This document shows positions 46,512-56,147 of a DNA stretch of 64,000 bases, piece by piece. The notes under the pieces were generated by a model. That model ran no database searches and had not been told where the DNA came from. It saw only the letters and a list, made by a program, of their open reading frames with translations. Source of the stretch: Alphaproteobacteria bacterium (GTDB lineage: Bacteria; Pseudomonadota; Alphaproteobacteria; UBA828); assembly GCA_963667785.2 (NCBI GenBank), contig CAXXMU010000006.1:256001-320000 (forward strand). Reading direction: 5' to 3'. A program made the position numbers and the translations under genes. Position 1 is the first letter of the stretch; every line of letters begins with the position of its first letter.

Positions 46512-48352
46512 GCGCCGAGGCTCCGCACGCCGCTGCCGGCGGCACCGACCGGATTCTCTCGGTGCACGGCCTCACCGTGGCGTTCGCCGGGAGCCAAGGC
46601 GCCGAGCACGTCGCGGTGAAGGACTTTTCGCTCACCATCGGCGCGGGCGAGTTCGTCGGCGTGATGGGCGAGCCCGGCTGCGGCAAGTCAACGGCGGCGA
46701 TCGCCATGATGGGTCTGGTGCGCCCGCCGGGCCGCATCGTCTCGGGCGAGGTGCACTATCTGGGCCGCGACCTGCTGGCCATGAGCGACGCGGAGCTCGA
46801 TTCCATCCGTGGCAAGGACATCGGGCTCATCGTGCAGAGCCCGCGCACCTCGCTCCACCCCATGTTGACGGTCGGCCGGCAAATCGAGAACGTCTACCGC
46901 GCGCACAACCGCGTGAGCCGCAAGGCCGCGCGAGCGCGCGCCATCGAGATGCTGCAGCTCGTCGGCATCAACGACCCCGAGCGGCGCGTGAAGTCCTACC
47001 CCCACGAGCTCTCCACGGGCATGACCCAGCGCGTGCTCATCGCCATGGCCATGAGCTCCGGCCCCAAGCTCCTGATCGCGGACGAGCCCACCAGCGGCCT
47101 CGACGTGACGATCCAGGCGCAGTTCCTCGACCAGATGTGGGAGGCAGCGAACCGCACCGGGTCGGCGGTGCTGGTGGTGACGCAGGACCTCGGCATCGTC
47201 GCGAACTACTGCGACCGCGTGGTCATCATGGAGCGCGGCGAGATCGTCGAGGCCAGTGCCGTGCGGGACTTCTTCACGGCGCCCGCGCACGACTACAGCC
47301 GGCGCATCCTTTCTCTGCAGCGCGAGAGCGCGGCCAGCCTGGCGGATACACCCGAAGCGCAACAGGCAACCGCTGAGCCGCTGGTCCTGGTCGAGGGTCT
47401 CGCCAAGGACTTCGACATCCGCGGCTCCAAGGACAAGGTCCACGCCGCCGACGATGTCTCCTTCGCCGTCCATCGCGGCGAGGCGATCGGCCTCGTCGGC
47501 GAGAGCGGCTCGGGCAAGACCACGGTCGGCCGCTGCATCGTGCGGTTGGAGGAGCCGACCCGGGGCACGGTCCGCTATCGAGACGAGATCGTCAGCGACC
47601 TCGCGCAGCGGGAATTCACGCCGTTCCGCAACGACATGCAAATCGTCTTCCAGGACCCGACGGATTCGATGAACCCGCGCTGGAGCGTCGAGCAGGTCCT
47701 GACGGAGCCGCTCGACCTGCACACGACGCTGTCCGCGGCGGAGAAGCGCAAGCGCGTGACGGCGCTGATGAGGATGGTGGGGATCGATCCGGCCGTGCGC
47801 GAGGTCAAGCCGCGCCAGCTCGGCGCCGGCCGCCAGCAGCGCATCGCCATCGCCCGCGCGCTCGCCACCGAGCCTGCCTTCATCGTGCTCGACGAGCCGA
47901 CCTCGGCGCTGAGCCCGGAGACCCGCGCCGAGATCATCGAGCTCCTGATCCGGCTCTCGCGCGAGCTCGACATCGCCTATCTCTTCATCTCCCACGATCT
48001 GACCACGATCGAGCGCGTCTGCGACCGCATCGTGGTGATGTACCTCGGGCAGGTGGTCGAGACCGGCACACGCACGGAGGTGTTCCGGGCGCCGCTGCAT
48101 CCCTATTCTCGGGTGCTGCTGGCTTCGCACCTCTTTCCCGACATCGCCGACCGGCGGGTCGACCGGCCCGAGCGCGTGACGCTCAAGGGCGAGATACCGA
48201 GCCCGGTCTCGCTGCCGGAGGGCTGCTATCTTTACGGGCGTTGCCCGAACCAGGTGGAGCGCTGCCGCGCCATGCCGCAGACGCTCGAAGAGGTGTCGCC
48301 GGGCCGCTCGGTGCGCTGCTGGCGTGCGGTGGCAGGCGAGCTTCCGGGCTAG
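46508..48352 (+). CDS. Fused dual-ATPase peptide ABC transporter ATP-binding protein
   Basis: Two Walker A motifs ([16 protein letters not shown]) and two Walker B motifs (ADEPT, LDEPT). Confidence 0.92.
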   Translation: MSAEAPHAAAGGTDRILSVHGLTVAFAGSQGAEHVAVKDFSLTIGAGEFVGVMGEPGCGKSTAAIAMMGLVRPPGRIVSGEVHYLGRDLLAMSDAELDSIRGKDIGLIVQSPRTSLHPMLTVGRQIENVYRAHNRVSRKAARARAIEMLQLVGINDPERRVKSYPHELSTGMTQRVLIAMAMSSGPKLLIADEPTSGLDVTIQAQFLDQMWEAANRTGSAVLVVTQDLGIVANYCDRVVIMERGEIVEASAVRDFFTAPAHDYSRRILSLQRESAASLADTPEAQQATAEPLVLVEGLAKDFDIRGSKDKVHAADDVSFAVHRGEAIGLVGESGSGKTTVGRCIVRLEEPTRGTVRYRDEIVSDLAQREFTPFRNDMQIVFQDPTDSMNPRWSVEQVLTEPLDLHTTLSAAEKRKRVTALMRMVGIDPAVREVKPRQLGAGRQQRIAIARALATEPAFIVLDEPTSALSPETRAEIIELLIRLSRELDIAYLFISHDLTTIERVCDRIVVMYLGQVVETGTRTEVFRAPLHPYSRVLLASHLFPDIADRRVDRPERVTLKGEIPSPVSLPEGCYLYGRCPNQVERCRAMPQTLEEVSPGRSVRCWRAVAGELPG

Positions 48353-48388
48353 GATCGAGAAAGGACACAAAATGCAGGGGCAGTTGCG

Positions 48389-49261
48389 ATGAAGGCAATC
48401 GATATCGTCGTCAACCCGTACACGCCGCAGGAGGTGGAGCAGGGCCAGACCGGCATCGATGCGGTTTTCCAGGACCAGATCAGGATGCCGGCGGAAATGC
48501 GCGGCGGCGTCACCGTCGACGACTATGTCGAGAAGATGAACCGCGCCGATATCGAGCTTTCGCTGATGATCGCCGTGCGCGCCGGCGACATGCGGCTTGC
48601 CGGCTCGTTCGAGATTTCCTACGAGCGGGTCCACGAGATCTGCCAGAGCCACCCGACCCGCTTCGCCGGGCTCGCGGGCGTCGACCCCTATCGCGGCATG
48701 CAGGGCCTGCGCGATCTGGAGTACGGGGTGAAGGAGCTGGGCTTCGTCGGTGCCCACCTCTACCCGCACTGGTTCGAGCTCGCGCCCGACGACGCCAAGT
48801 ACTATCCCTACTATGCCAAGTGCTGCGAGCTCGACGTGCCCATCATGATGCAGGTGGGCCACAGCCTGGTGTACCAGCGCGAGCGCCGCATGCGGAGCGT
48901 GGGACGCCCCATCTGCCTCGACCAGGTGGCCTGCGACTTCCCCGAGCTCAAGCTGCTCGGCATCCACATCGGCATTCCCTGGACCGACGAGATGATCTCG
49001 ATGGCGTGGAAGCACCAGCACGTCTACATCGGCGTCGATGCCTACGCGCCGCGCTACTGGCCGCCGCAGCTCATCCACTATCTGAACACCTACGGCCGCC
49101 GGAAGGTGCTGTTCGGCACCGACTGGCCGGTGATCGACCCGGAACGCGCGGTGGCCGAGATCGCCGAGCTCGACCTCCGCCCGGAGGCCTACAAGGCGCT
49201 GATGCGGGAGAACGCGCTCCGCGTCTTCAGGCTGCCGCAGGTGGCGGCAGAGGGCGGCTGA
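48389..49261 (+). CDS. Amidohydrolase_2 family protein
   Basis: RFAGLAGVDP, YYPYYAKCCELDVP, DFPELKL..H.G.PW and KVLFGTDWP. Confidence 0.85.
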   Translation: MKAIDIVVNPYTPQEVEQGQTGIDAVFQDQIRMPAEMRGGVTVDDYVEKMNRADIELSLMIAVRAGDMRLAGSFEISYERVHEICQSHPTRFAGLAGVDPYRGMQGLRDLEYGVKELGFVGAHLYPHWFELAPDDAKYYPYYAKCCELDVPIMMQVGHSLVYQRERRMRSVGRPICLDQVACDFPELKLLGIHIGIPWTDEMISMAWKHQHVYIGVDAYAPRYWPPQLIHYLNTYGRRKVLFGTDWPVIDPERAVAEIAELDLRPEAYKALMRENALRVFRLPQVAAEGG

Positions 49262-49270
49262 GGCCACGCC

Positions 49271-50818
49271 ATGACCGGGGGCGACGGCGGCCGGCCCGCG
49301 ACCTACCGCTCAACCACCATCGCAACGGGTATCCGCACGGCAGCGCAGCGCACGCCGGACAAGACAGCGCTCCGCGAAGGGGAGCGCACGCTCACCTACC
49401 GGCAACTGGTCGAGCGGATCGACCGGGTGAGCGCCGGCGCCCGGCACGATCTCGGCCTCGTCCCCGGCGACCGGGTGATGCTGCTCGCGCTCAACCGCCT
49501 CGAATACATCGAGGTCGTGGCCGGGTTCTCGGCCATGGGCGCGGCAGTCGCCACCATCAACACCCGGCTCTCCGTGAAGGAACTGGAAGCGATCTGCCAG
49601 GATTGCGGGCCGCGTGTACTGGTGGTCGATCAGAACTGCGAGGAGCTTGCCCGGAGCGCCGCGCTGGAGGGGATCGAGCGGGTGCTGACGCTCGGCGGGA
49701 GCTACGACGAGTGGCTCGCCCGTGCCGCACCCCAGGAGCCGGACGAGACGCCGGAGGAGTGGCAGCCCTTCGCCATCTCCTACACCTCGGGCACCACGGG
49801 CACGGCCAAGGGCATCGTGCTCTCCCACCGCTCTCGGGTCATCACCTGCTTCGGCATGGCCTCGGAGTACGGCTGCTACGGGCCGGACGACACCCACCTC
49901 GCCTTTGCGCCGCTGTTCCACGGCGGCGGCTTTGCCTTCGCGCTGGCCGCCGTCTTCTTCGGCGGCCATTGCGAGCTCCTGCCCCGCTTCGACCCGGAGC
50001 TGGTGATGCAGCGGCTCTGCGACGGCCGCTTCACCGGCACCTTCATGGTGCCGACGCACTTCCACGCCATCCTCAACCTGGGCGAAGGCGTGCTTTCGCG
50101 CTATCGCGACCACGGGCTCACGGCGCTGGTCTCCAATGCGGCGCCGCTGCCGCAGGTCACCAAGGAGAAGATCGTCGCCCAGTTCGGCGCGGGCGTGCTG
50201 CACGAGACGTACGGCTCGACCGAGGCCGGTATCGTCACCAACCTGCGCCCGCCCGATCAGCTCCGCAAGAAGAGCTGCGTGGGCCTCCCCTTCGTCGGCA
50301 ACCGCATCCGCCTGCTCGACGACGAGGGCAACGAGGCCGCGCCCGGCGAGGTGGGCGAGCTCTTCAGCACCTCGCCCTATCTCTTCAACGGCTACTGGAA
50401 CAAGCCCGAGGAGACCGCGGCGACGATGCGGGGCGGCTGGGTCTCCGCCGGCGACATGGCACGGCGCGACGAGGAGGGCTACATCTATATCGTCGACCGC
50501 AAGAAGGACATGATCATCTCCGGCGGGGTCAACGTCTATCCACGCGAGGTGGAGGACGCGCTCTCGCGGCATCCGGCGGTGCGCGAGGTGGCCGTGGTCG
50601 GCGTGCCGGACGCGTACTGGGGCGAGCGGATCAAGGCGTTCGTCGTGCCCCATCCGGACGCGCGGCCTTCGCCTGATGAGCTGATCGCCTACGGGAAGGA
50701 GAGCCTCGCCGCCTTCAAGGTCCCAAAGGAGGTCGACTTCATCGACGCCCTGCCGCGCAACCCCGGCGGCAAGGTGCTGAAACGGGTGCTCAGGGAGCAG
50801 GGCGCGGGGTCGGCATGA
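49271..50818 (+). CDS. AMP-dependent acyl-CoA synthetase/ligase
   Basis: YTSGTTGTAKG, YGSTE, GD..RDEEG..YIVDRKKDMIISGG and PRNPGGK. Confidence 0.93.
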   Translation: MTGGDGGRPATYRSTTIATGIRTAAQRTPDKTALREGERTLTYRQLVERIDRVSAGARHDLGLVPGDRVMLLALNRLEYIEVVAGFSAMGAAVATINTRLSVKELEAICQDCGPRVLVVDQNCEELARSAALEGIERVLTLGGSYDEWLARAAPQEPDETPEEWQPFAISYTSGTTGTAKGIVLSHRSRVITCFGMASEYGCYGPDDTHLAFAPLFHGGGFAFALAAVFFGGHCELLPRFDPELVMQRLCDGRFTGTFMVPTHFHAILNLGEGVLSRYRDHGLTALVSNAAPLPQVTKEKIVAQFGAGVLHETYGSTEAGIVTNLRPPDQLRKKSCVGLPFVGNRIRLLDDEGNEAAPGEVGELFSTSPYLFNGYWNKPEETAATMRGGWVSAGDMARRDEEGYIYIVDRKKDMIISGGVNVYPREVEDALSRHPAVREVAVVGVPDAYWGERIKAFVVPHPDARPSPDELIAYGKESLAAFKVPKEVDFIDALPRNPGGKVLKRVLREQGAGSA

Positions 50819-52455
50819 TCGAGCATCGCTTCGTCATTTGCGGCGCGCGCCGGGTCATGGTGCGCCGCGCCGGGAGCGGCCCGCCGGTCCTGCTGCTTCA
50901 CGAATCGCCGGTTTCCTCGGCCGCGTTCGTGCCCTTGATCGGGTCGCTGGCCGAGCGCTTCACCGTGATCGCGCCCGACACGCCGGGCTATGGCGGCTCC
51001 GACCCGCTGGCCCTGCACCGGCCGCAGATCCCCGACTATGCCGACGCGCTCAGGGAGGTGGTCGACGGCCTCGGTCTGGAGCGTGTGGCAGTCTTCGGCC
51101 GCCACACCGGGGCCGCCATCGCGATCGAGTTCGCGAACCTCCATCCCGAGCGCGTCAGCGGCGTCGTGCTCGACGGCTGCCCGGCCTTCACGCCGGAAGA
51201 GATGGAGGAGCTCGTGGCGAGCTACCTGCCGCCCTTCCGCCCGGACTGGAGCGGTAGCCACGTCGCCTGGCTCTGGTCCCGCATCCGCGACCAGTTCAGC
51301 TTCTTTCCCTGGAACCGCCAGGGGCCCGCGTCACGGCTCGCCATCGACATGCCCCGGCCCTCGATCCTGAACCGGATTGCGACGGACCTCCTGCTGGCGG
51401 GCGACGGCTACCGCATCGCCTACGAGGCGGCGTTCCGCTACGACGGCGCCGCGGCAGCGGCGGCCGCGCGCGTGCCCGCCCACTACATGGCGACCGAGAC
51501 CGACGTTCTCTTCCCCCACCTCGACCGCCTTCATTCGCTGCCGGACGACGCGCATATCCACCGGCTGACGGACGCGGAGCGCGTGACCGCCATCGGCGAT
51601 CTGCTCGCCGCCTGTGCCGACGGATTGCCGCCGGCGCCGCGTGCGCCGGAGGAAACGGGCGCGCGTCGCTTCATTCAGGCAGACGGCGCGTCGCTGCTGG
51701 TTCGCCAGTGGGGAGATGACGACGCGCGGCCGCTGCTTCTCGTGGCCGATCTGCCGGGATCCACGCGAGGGCTCGACCCCGTCGCCGCCCATCTGGCCAG
51801 GGAGCGCCGGGTCGTCGCCATCGATCCCCCCGGCCACGGCCTCTCCTCCCCCGCTCCGGCCGACATGGCCGACGGCGGCGTCGAGCTTGTGGCCCGCGCG
51901 GTGGCGTCGCTGGGGCTCGGGCAGGTCGATGTCGCCGGGATCAACGCGGGCGCCTGCTGGGCGGCGCATCTCGCCGGGCGCCTTGGGGCGGATTGCGGCC
52001 GTCTGGTGCTGGTCGACCCCCCGCCCGATCCGCAGGCGCTGGCCGAATGCCTGCCGGCAGCCGCGCTTGTGCCCACTTGGAGCGGCGCCCACCTGCTCAC
52101 CGCCTGGCACCTTGCGCGCGAGGCCCTGCTCTACCGGCCCTGGTTCGTGCCCACGGCTGCCACCCGGATGCCGGTGGAGATCGGGCTCGACGTGGACCTC
52201 CTGCACCGGCGCTTCGTCGACACGATCGTCGCCGGTGTGGCCTTCCCCGAGACGCTCCGCGCAGTATGCGAGCGGCCCTGGCCGGCTCTGCTCGGGCCGC
52301 TGGCGGACAGGGTCGCGGTCGTCACCGGCCAGGGCATGCCGGACGCGGCGGAACAGGCGGCGCTTGCCGCAGATGCTTCCGCTCCGGTCACCCGTGCCGT
52401 CCCCGACGCGCGGGGCTACGCCGGCGCGATCATCGCGACAGTGGCGCGAGAGTGA
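50815..52455 (+). CDS. Tandem alpha/beta-hydrolase fold protein with non-canonical nucleophile elbows
   Basis: Domain 1 has LLLHESP, PDTPGYGGS and GRHTGA; domain 2 has IDPPGHGLS and GINAGA. Confidence 0.82.
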   Translation: MIEHRFVICGARRVMVRRAGSGPPVLLLHESPVSSAAFVPLIGSLAERFTVIAPDTPGYGGSDPLALHRPQIPDYADALREVVDGLGLERVAVFGRHTGAAIAIEFANLHPERVSGVVLDGCPAFTPEEMEELVASYLPPFRPDWSGSHVAWLWSRIRDQFSFFPWNRQGPASRLAIDMPRPSILNRIATDLLLAGDGYRIAYEAAFRYDGAAAAAAARVPAHYMATETDVLFPHLDRLHSLPDDAHIHRLTDAERVTAIGDLLAACADGLPPAPRAPEETGARRFIQADGASLLVRQWGDDDARPLLLVADLPGSTRGLDPVAAHLARERRVVAIDPPGHGLSSPAPADMADGGVELVARAVASLGLGQVDVAGINAGACWAAHLAGRLGADCGRLVLVDPPPDPQALAECLPAAALVPTWSGAHLLTAWHLAREALLYRPWFVPTAATRMPVEIGLDVDLLHRRFVDTIVAGVAFPETLRAVCERPWPALLGPLADRVAVVTGQGMPDAAEQAALAADASAPVTRAVPDARGYAGAIIATVARE

Positions 52456-54011
52456 GCGGCGGCCTCGCGGCGCGCCTCGCCGATCTGGTCGGCGCGGTGA
52501 ACGTCATCGACGATCCGGCGGAGCGCGCCTACTACGCCCACGACATCGCCGGCCCTGCGCCGCACCCGGCGCACCTCGTTGTCCGCCCGCCGAGCGTGGA
52601 CGCCACCGTCGCCAGCGTCGCGGCGATCACCGGCGCGGGCCATGCGCTTACCGTGCGGGGCGGTGGGCATTCCTACACCGGCGGCTACGGGCCGACGCGG
52701 CCGGGAACGGTCATCCTCGACATGAGCGCGCTCGACCGGGTGGTCGAGATCGACGAGGCCGACGGCTGGGTGACCGCCGAGGCCGGCTGCACATGGCGCA
52801 CGCTCAACGACGCGCTTGCCGAGGTGGGGCGTCGCACGCCGTTCTTCGGCCCGCTCTCCGGCATCGTGGCGACGGTCGGCGGCACCGCGTCGCAGAACGC
52901 CGCGTTCTTCGGCTCGGCTCGTCACGGCCCGATGTCGGAGAGCGTGCTCGGCCTCGACGTGGTGACGGCGGACGGGTCCCTGATGCGGCTCGGGCGCGTC
53001 GGCGATCAGGCGTTCGCGCGGGACTTCGGGCCCGATGCCGCGGGGCTCTTCCTAGGCGACGGCGGCGCCCTCGGCGTCAAGGTGCGCATCGCCCTGAGGC
53101 TCGTTCCCGTGCCCGAGGCAGTCCGCTTCGCCTCCTTCGCGTTCGAGAGTTTTGGGGCCGCGATCGACGCGCAGATCGCGCTCGCGGGCAGGGACGCGAT
53201 CAGCGAGAGCTACGGCTTCGACGCCGAGACCCACGAGAACCTGCGCCGGGCCGGTTTCAGCATCGGCGAGGGGGCGACGGCGCTTCGCGACGTGGCGCAG
53301 GCGGAGGGTGGGCGGGCGAGCGGCATTGCGGCGGCGGTCAGGACCGCAACGGGCGTGCGCCGCGCCATGGGTGAGACGCGCAACTCCCTCCACCTCGTGA
53401 TCGAGGGCGCGAGCGAAGCGGCAGCGGCGGAGGCCTGCGACGAGGTCGCCGCTTGCGCCCGCCGCCACGGCGGCGCCGAGATCCCCGACACGATCCCGCG
53501 CATCACCCGCTCGCGGCCCTTCCGCCCGCTCAAGGCGCTACTCGGGCCGGAGGGCGAGGCCTGGCTGCCGATGCACGGCCTGCTGCCGCTCTCCCGTGCG
53601 CGGGCCGGCCTGCAGGCGGTGGAAGACTGCCTCGCGACCCACAGGGGCGAGATGCAGGCGCTCGGCATCCGCGTCACGCGGCTCACGACCATGGTCGGCG
53701 ACCGGCTGCTGCTGGAGCCGCAGTTCTTCTGGCCGGATGCGCTCTCGCCCTTTCATCTGCGCGCCGTTACGGACGCGCAACGAGCGCAGTACGCGGATCG
53801 ACCACCGAACGAGGAGGCGCGGGCGCAGGCGCGCGCCTTGCGTGCGGCCCTGGTCGAGGCGCTCGCCACCCACGGCGCGACCCACTACCAGATCGGCACC
53901 TACTATCCTTATCTGGAGCGCATCGATCCGGGCCAGCGGTGGCTCATCGAGTCACTGAAACGGACACTCGATCCGAAGAATTTGATGAGTCCCGGCGTCC
54001 TGGGGCTTTAA
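52452..54011 (+). CDS. FAD-binding oxidoreductase (FAD_binding_4, VAO/GlcD-like)
   Basis: VRGGGHSYTGG, AEAGC, ATVGG, VLGLDVVTADG and LDPKNLMSPGVL; GTG start overlaps the upstream stop. Confidence 0.88.
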   Translation: MSGGLAARLADLVGAVNVIDDPAERAYYAHDIAGPAPHPAHLVVRPPSVDATVASVAAITGAGHALTVRGGGHSYTGGYGPTRPGTVILDMSALDRVVEIDEADGWVTAEAGCTWRTLNDALAEVGRRTPFFGPLSGIVATVGGTASQNAAFFGSARHGPMSESVLGLDVVTADGSLMRLGRVGDQAFARDFGPDAAGLFLGDGGALGVKVRIALRLVPVPEAVRFASFAFESFGAAIDAQIALAGRDAISESYGFDAETHENLRRAGFSIGEGATALRDVAQAEGGRASGIAAAVRTATGVRRAMGETRNSLHLVIEGASEAAAAEACDEVAACARRHGGAEIPDTIPRITRSRPFRPLKALLGPEGEAWLPMHGLLPLSRARAGLQAVEDCLATHRGEMQALGIRVTRLTTMVGDRLLLEPQFFWPDALSPFHLRAVTDAQRAQYADRPPNEEARAQARALRAALVEALATHGATHYQIGTYYPYLERIDPGQRWLIESLKRTLDPKNLMSPGVLGL

Positions 54012-54026
54012 CGTTCGGAATCCGGG

Positions 54027-54608
54027 CTACGCCGCCGCACGCGGCCCGATCGGGCAGTGCGCCTCGCGCTCGACGAGGTCGTAAACGAAGAGGAACTTGG
54101 CGATCCCGGTGAGCACGGCCGCCACCATGCCGAGCTCGAATATTTCGCCATCGTCGAAATGCGCCGAGAGATCGGCGTAGAGGGCGGGCGAGAGCTGCCC
54201 CTCCATGTTGGGGAGCGCCATCTCGGCGGCGAGACGTAGCACCGCGCGCTCCTTCGCGGAGAAGGCGTCGTTCTCCTCGTGCATGATGGCATCGAGCTGG
54301 GCGTCGCCGACTCCGGCGCGGCGCGCGGCCTCGACGTTCCCCTTGTTGCAGAAGGCGCAGCCGTGAGTCATCGAAAGCCGATAGCGCAGCAGTTCCTTGA
54401 TCCTGACGTCCACCCGGCCGCCGTAGAAGACGCCCTCGTAGAAACTCTTGAAGTACCATTCGAGCATGTGGGGCGCGTTGGCGCCGATCTCGTAGAAGGT
54501 CGCATCGCCGCCCTTGCTCTCCTGCAGCGCGCGGCTCTGCCGATAGGCGTCTTGCAGCCAGTCGCCCATGGCGTCCGGCCCCACCCTCCGCAACAAGGGA
54601 TTGGGCAT
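54027..54608 (-). CDS. AhpD/carboxymuconolactone decarboxylase-like protein
   Basis: KELLRYRLSMTHGCAFC (CxxC); FSAKERAVL; HFDDGEIFELG. Confidence 0.85.
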   Translation of the reverse strand: MPNPLLRRVGPDAMGDWLQDAYRQSRALQESKGGDATFYEIGANAPHMLEWYFKSFYEGVFYGGRVDVRIKELLRYRLSMTHGCAFCNKGNVEAARRAGVGDAQLDAIMHEENDAFSAKERAVLRLAAEMALPNMEGQLSPALYADLSAHFDDGEIFELGMVAAVLTGIAKFLFVYDLVEREAHCPIGPRAAA

Positions 54609-54840
54609 ATCCGCCTCCCCGGATCGTGAACATCCCGCGACGGCGAGAGTGGCACGAAACCGCTCCTCCCGCCACGCCCACGCACACACGGGCAACGCCG
54701 ATGCGCATTCCAGAAGCCCTCGTACTGAGCTGCATACTCGGCTCCGGAAGCCCGCTATGCTCCGTCTGGGTGTGTTGGGCCAACTGTGGGGCTGGCGAGA
54801 AGACGCCCCTGGGACGTGGTGTGTATCAATAGGTCATGCG

Positions 54841-54925
54841 AGGGTGCGCATCCTCGTCCCTCCGCCAGCCTCGCTCCACGCAACATCGGCATATGCCGCT
54901 ACCCCCCGGAATACGACGGCTTTCA
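54841..54925 (+). repeat. Degenerate copy of the tRNA-Ser T-arm/3' end plus downstream flank (attR-like)
   Basis: gggtgcgcatcctCGTCCCTCCGCCAGCCTcgctccacgcaacatcggcatatgccgcta.. aligns with gggttcgaatcccCGTCCCTCCGCCAGCCTtgctccgcgcagcaccggcacatgccgcta.. Confidence 0.85.
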
Positions 54926-55277
54926 TGTCTCTGACGCGAGCGCGCCGGGCCCGGCTGGCGGGTCGCGGCCGCGGCGATGACAGCCGCGCCTATTCCGATC
55001 TTCTCCCTCCTCGTGTGGCGCTATATCGTGCGGGCATCCGACGCGGCAGCCGCAGGACGAACGACATGGCAATGCCCGAATCCGACGACTCGGGCCGGGT
55101 TTCGCGCGTCTGCGCGCGCGACTCCGCGAGAGGCCGCGTGCCGGCGCGAGCGTTCGACCGCAGTGGCCGGGCGGCACCCCTCATAGCCCTGAGGACGCGG
55201 GATACCTGAGACCTCTATCGAATGCGGGCTAGAATGCGCGGGCCCGCCACGCTGCCGAACGGTGAAAGGACCGAGCG

Positions 55278-55946
55278 ATGGAACTGTACGAGGCGATGCG
55301 CACGACGTTTGCCGCGCGCGACTTTACCGACGAGCACCTGCCCGACGAGGTGCTCTACGAGATGATCGAGAATGCCCGCTTCTCGCCGAGCGGGGGCAAT
55401 CGCCAGGGCAACCGGGTCATCGTCGTGCGCGACATGGCGACGCGCGAGCGGATCGCCGAGCTGACGGTGCCGGTCGCCAAGCGCTACCGCGCCCAGATCG
55501 ACGCGGGCGAGAGCCCCTGGAGCGCGCACGTGCCGACCAAGGTCCCGCCCGAGCAGATCGAGGCGACCCCCGCGCCGGCGATGCTGACCGAGCCCTACAC
55601 GCAGTCCTCGGTCGTGCTCGTCGTCTGCGTCGACCTCAAGGTCGTCGCCGCAACCGACCAGTATCTCGACCGGGTCGGGGTGATCAGCGGCGCCTCGATC
55701 TACCCCTTCGTCTGGAGCCTGCTGCTGGCGGCGCGTCAGAACGGCTTCGGCGGCACCATCACGACGCTCCCCATCGCCCACGAGCCCGAGATCAAGGCGC
55801 TCCTGAACATTCCGGACGATCACGCCGTCTGCGCCGTCGTGCCCCTCGGCCGACCGCCCAAGCAGCTCACCAAGCTGAAGCGCCGCCCGGTGGAGGAGAT
55901 CGCCACCCGCGAGCGCTTCGACGGCGCGGTGTTCACGCTGGACTGA
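55278..55946 (+). CDS. Nitroreductase family protein
   Basis: MELYEAMRT..A.R.F, ARFSPSGGNRQG, ASIYP..WSLLLAAR..G.G and VPLGRP. Confidence 0.88.
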   Translation: MELYEAMRTTFAARDFTDEHLPDEVLYEMIENARFSPSGGNRQGNRVIVVRDMATRERIAELTVPVAKRYRAQIDAGESPWSAHVPTKVPPEQIEATPAPAMLTEPYTQSSVVLVVCVDLKVVAATDQYLDRVGVISGASIYPFVWSLLLAARQNGFGGTITTLPIAHEPEIKALLNIPDDHAVCAVVPLGRPPKQLTKLKRRPVEEIATRERFDGAVFTLD

Positions 55947-55994
55947 CGTACGCCCGCCTGAGACGACAGGGCGGACAGCCGGGGGCAAAGACAA

Positions 55995-56028
55995 CGAGAC
56001 CCCGCAGGCATTGCCCGGCGGGGTCTCG
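55995..56028. terminator. 11-bp GC-rich inverted repeat after the nitroreductase
   Basis: CGAGACCCCGC ... GCGGGGTCTCG; no clear U-tract. Confidence 0.4.
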
Positions 56029-56104
56029 CGCCGATCGTGGGACCGCACAGCGCCCGCACGGCGCGTGCAGCCGGTGTGACTCGCAAAAATACTCTACCGA
56101 AGGG

Positions 56105-56147
56105 TTGAACATTTGCCGGGAGCCGGTATGTTCAACCACATGGTTGA
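56105..56147 (+). promoter_or_regulatory. Promoter and palindromic ArsR operator overlapping the start codon
   Basis: TTGAAC-N16-TATGTT; TCAACCA-CA-TGGTTGA at 56132-56147. Confidence 0.65.

Larger units (their letters stand above)
31284..54871. mobile_element. Genomic island (~23.6 kb) integrated at the tRNA-Ser 3' end; no integrase visible
   Basis: Exact 17-bp direct repeat CGTCCCTCCGCCAGCCT at 31284-31300 and 54855-54871, inside a longer degenerate repeat. Confidence 0.75.

Noticed and set aside
54977-55186. Short ORF with a hydrophobic stretch right of the attR-like repeat
   Set aside because: No RBS or family motif; it may be a gene remnant but cannot be supported.
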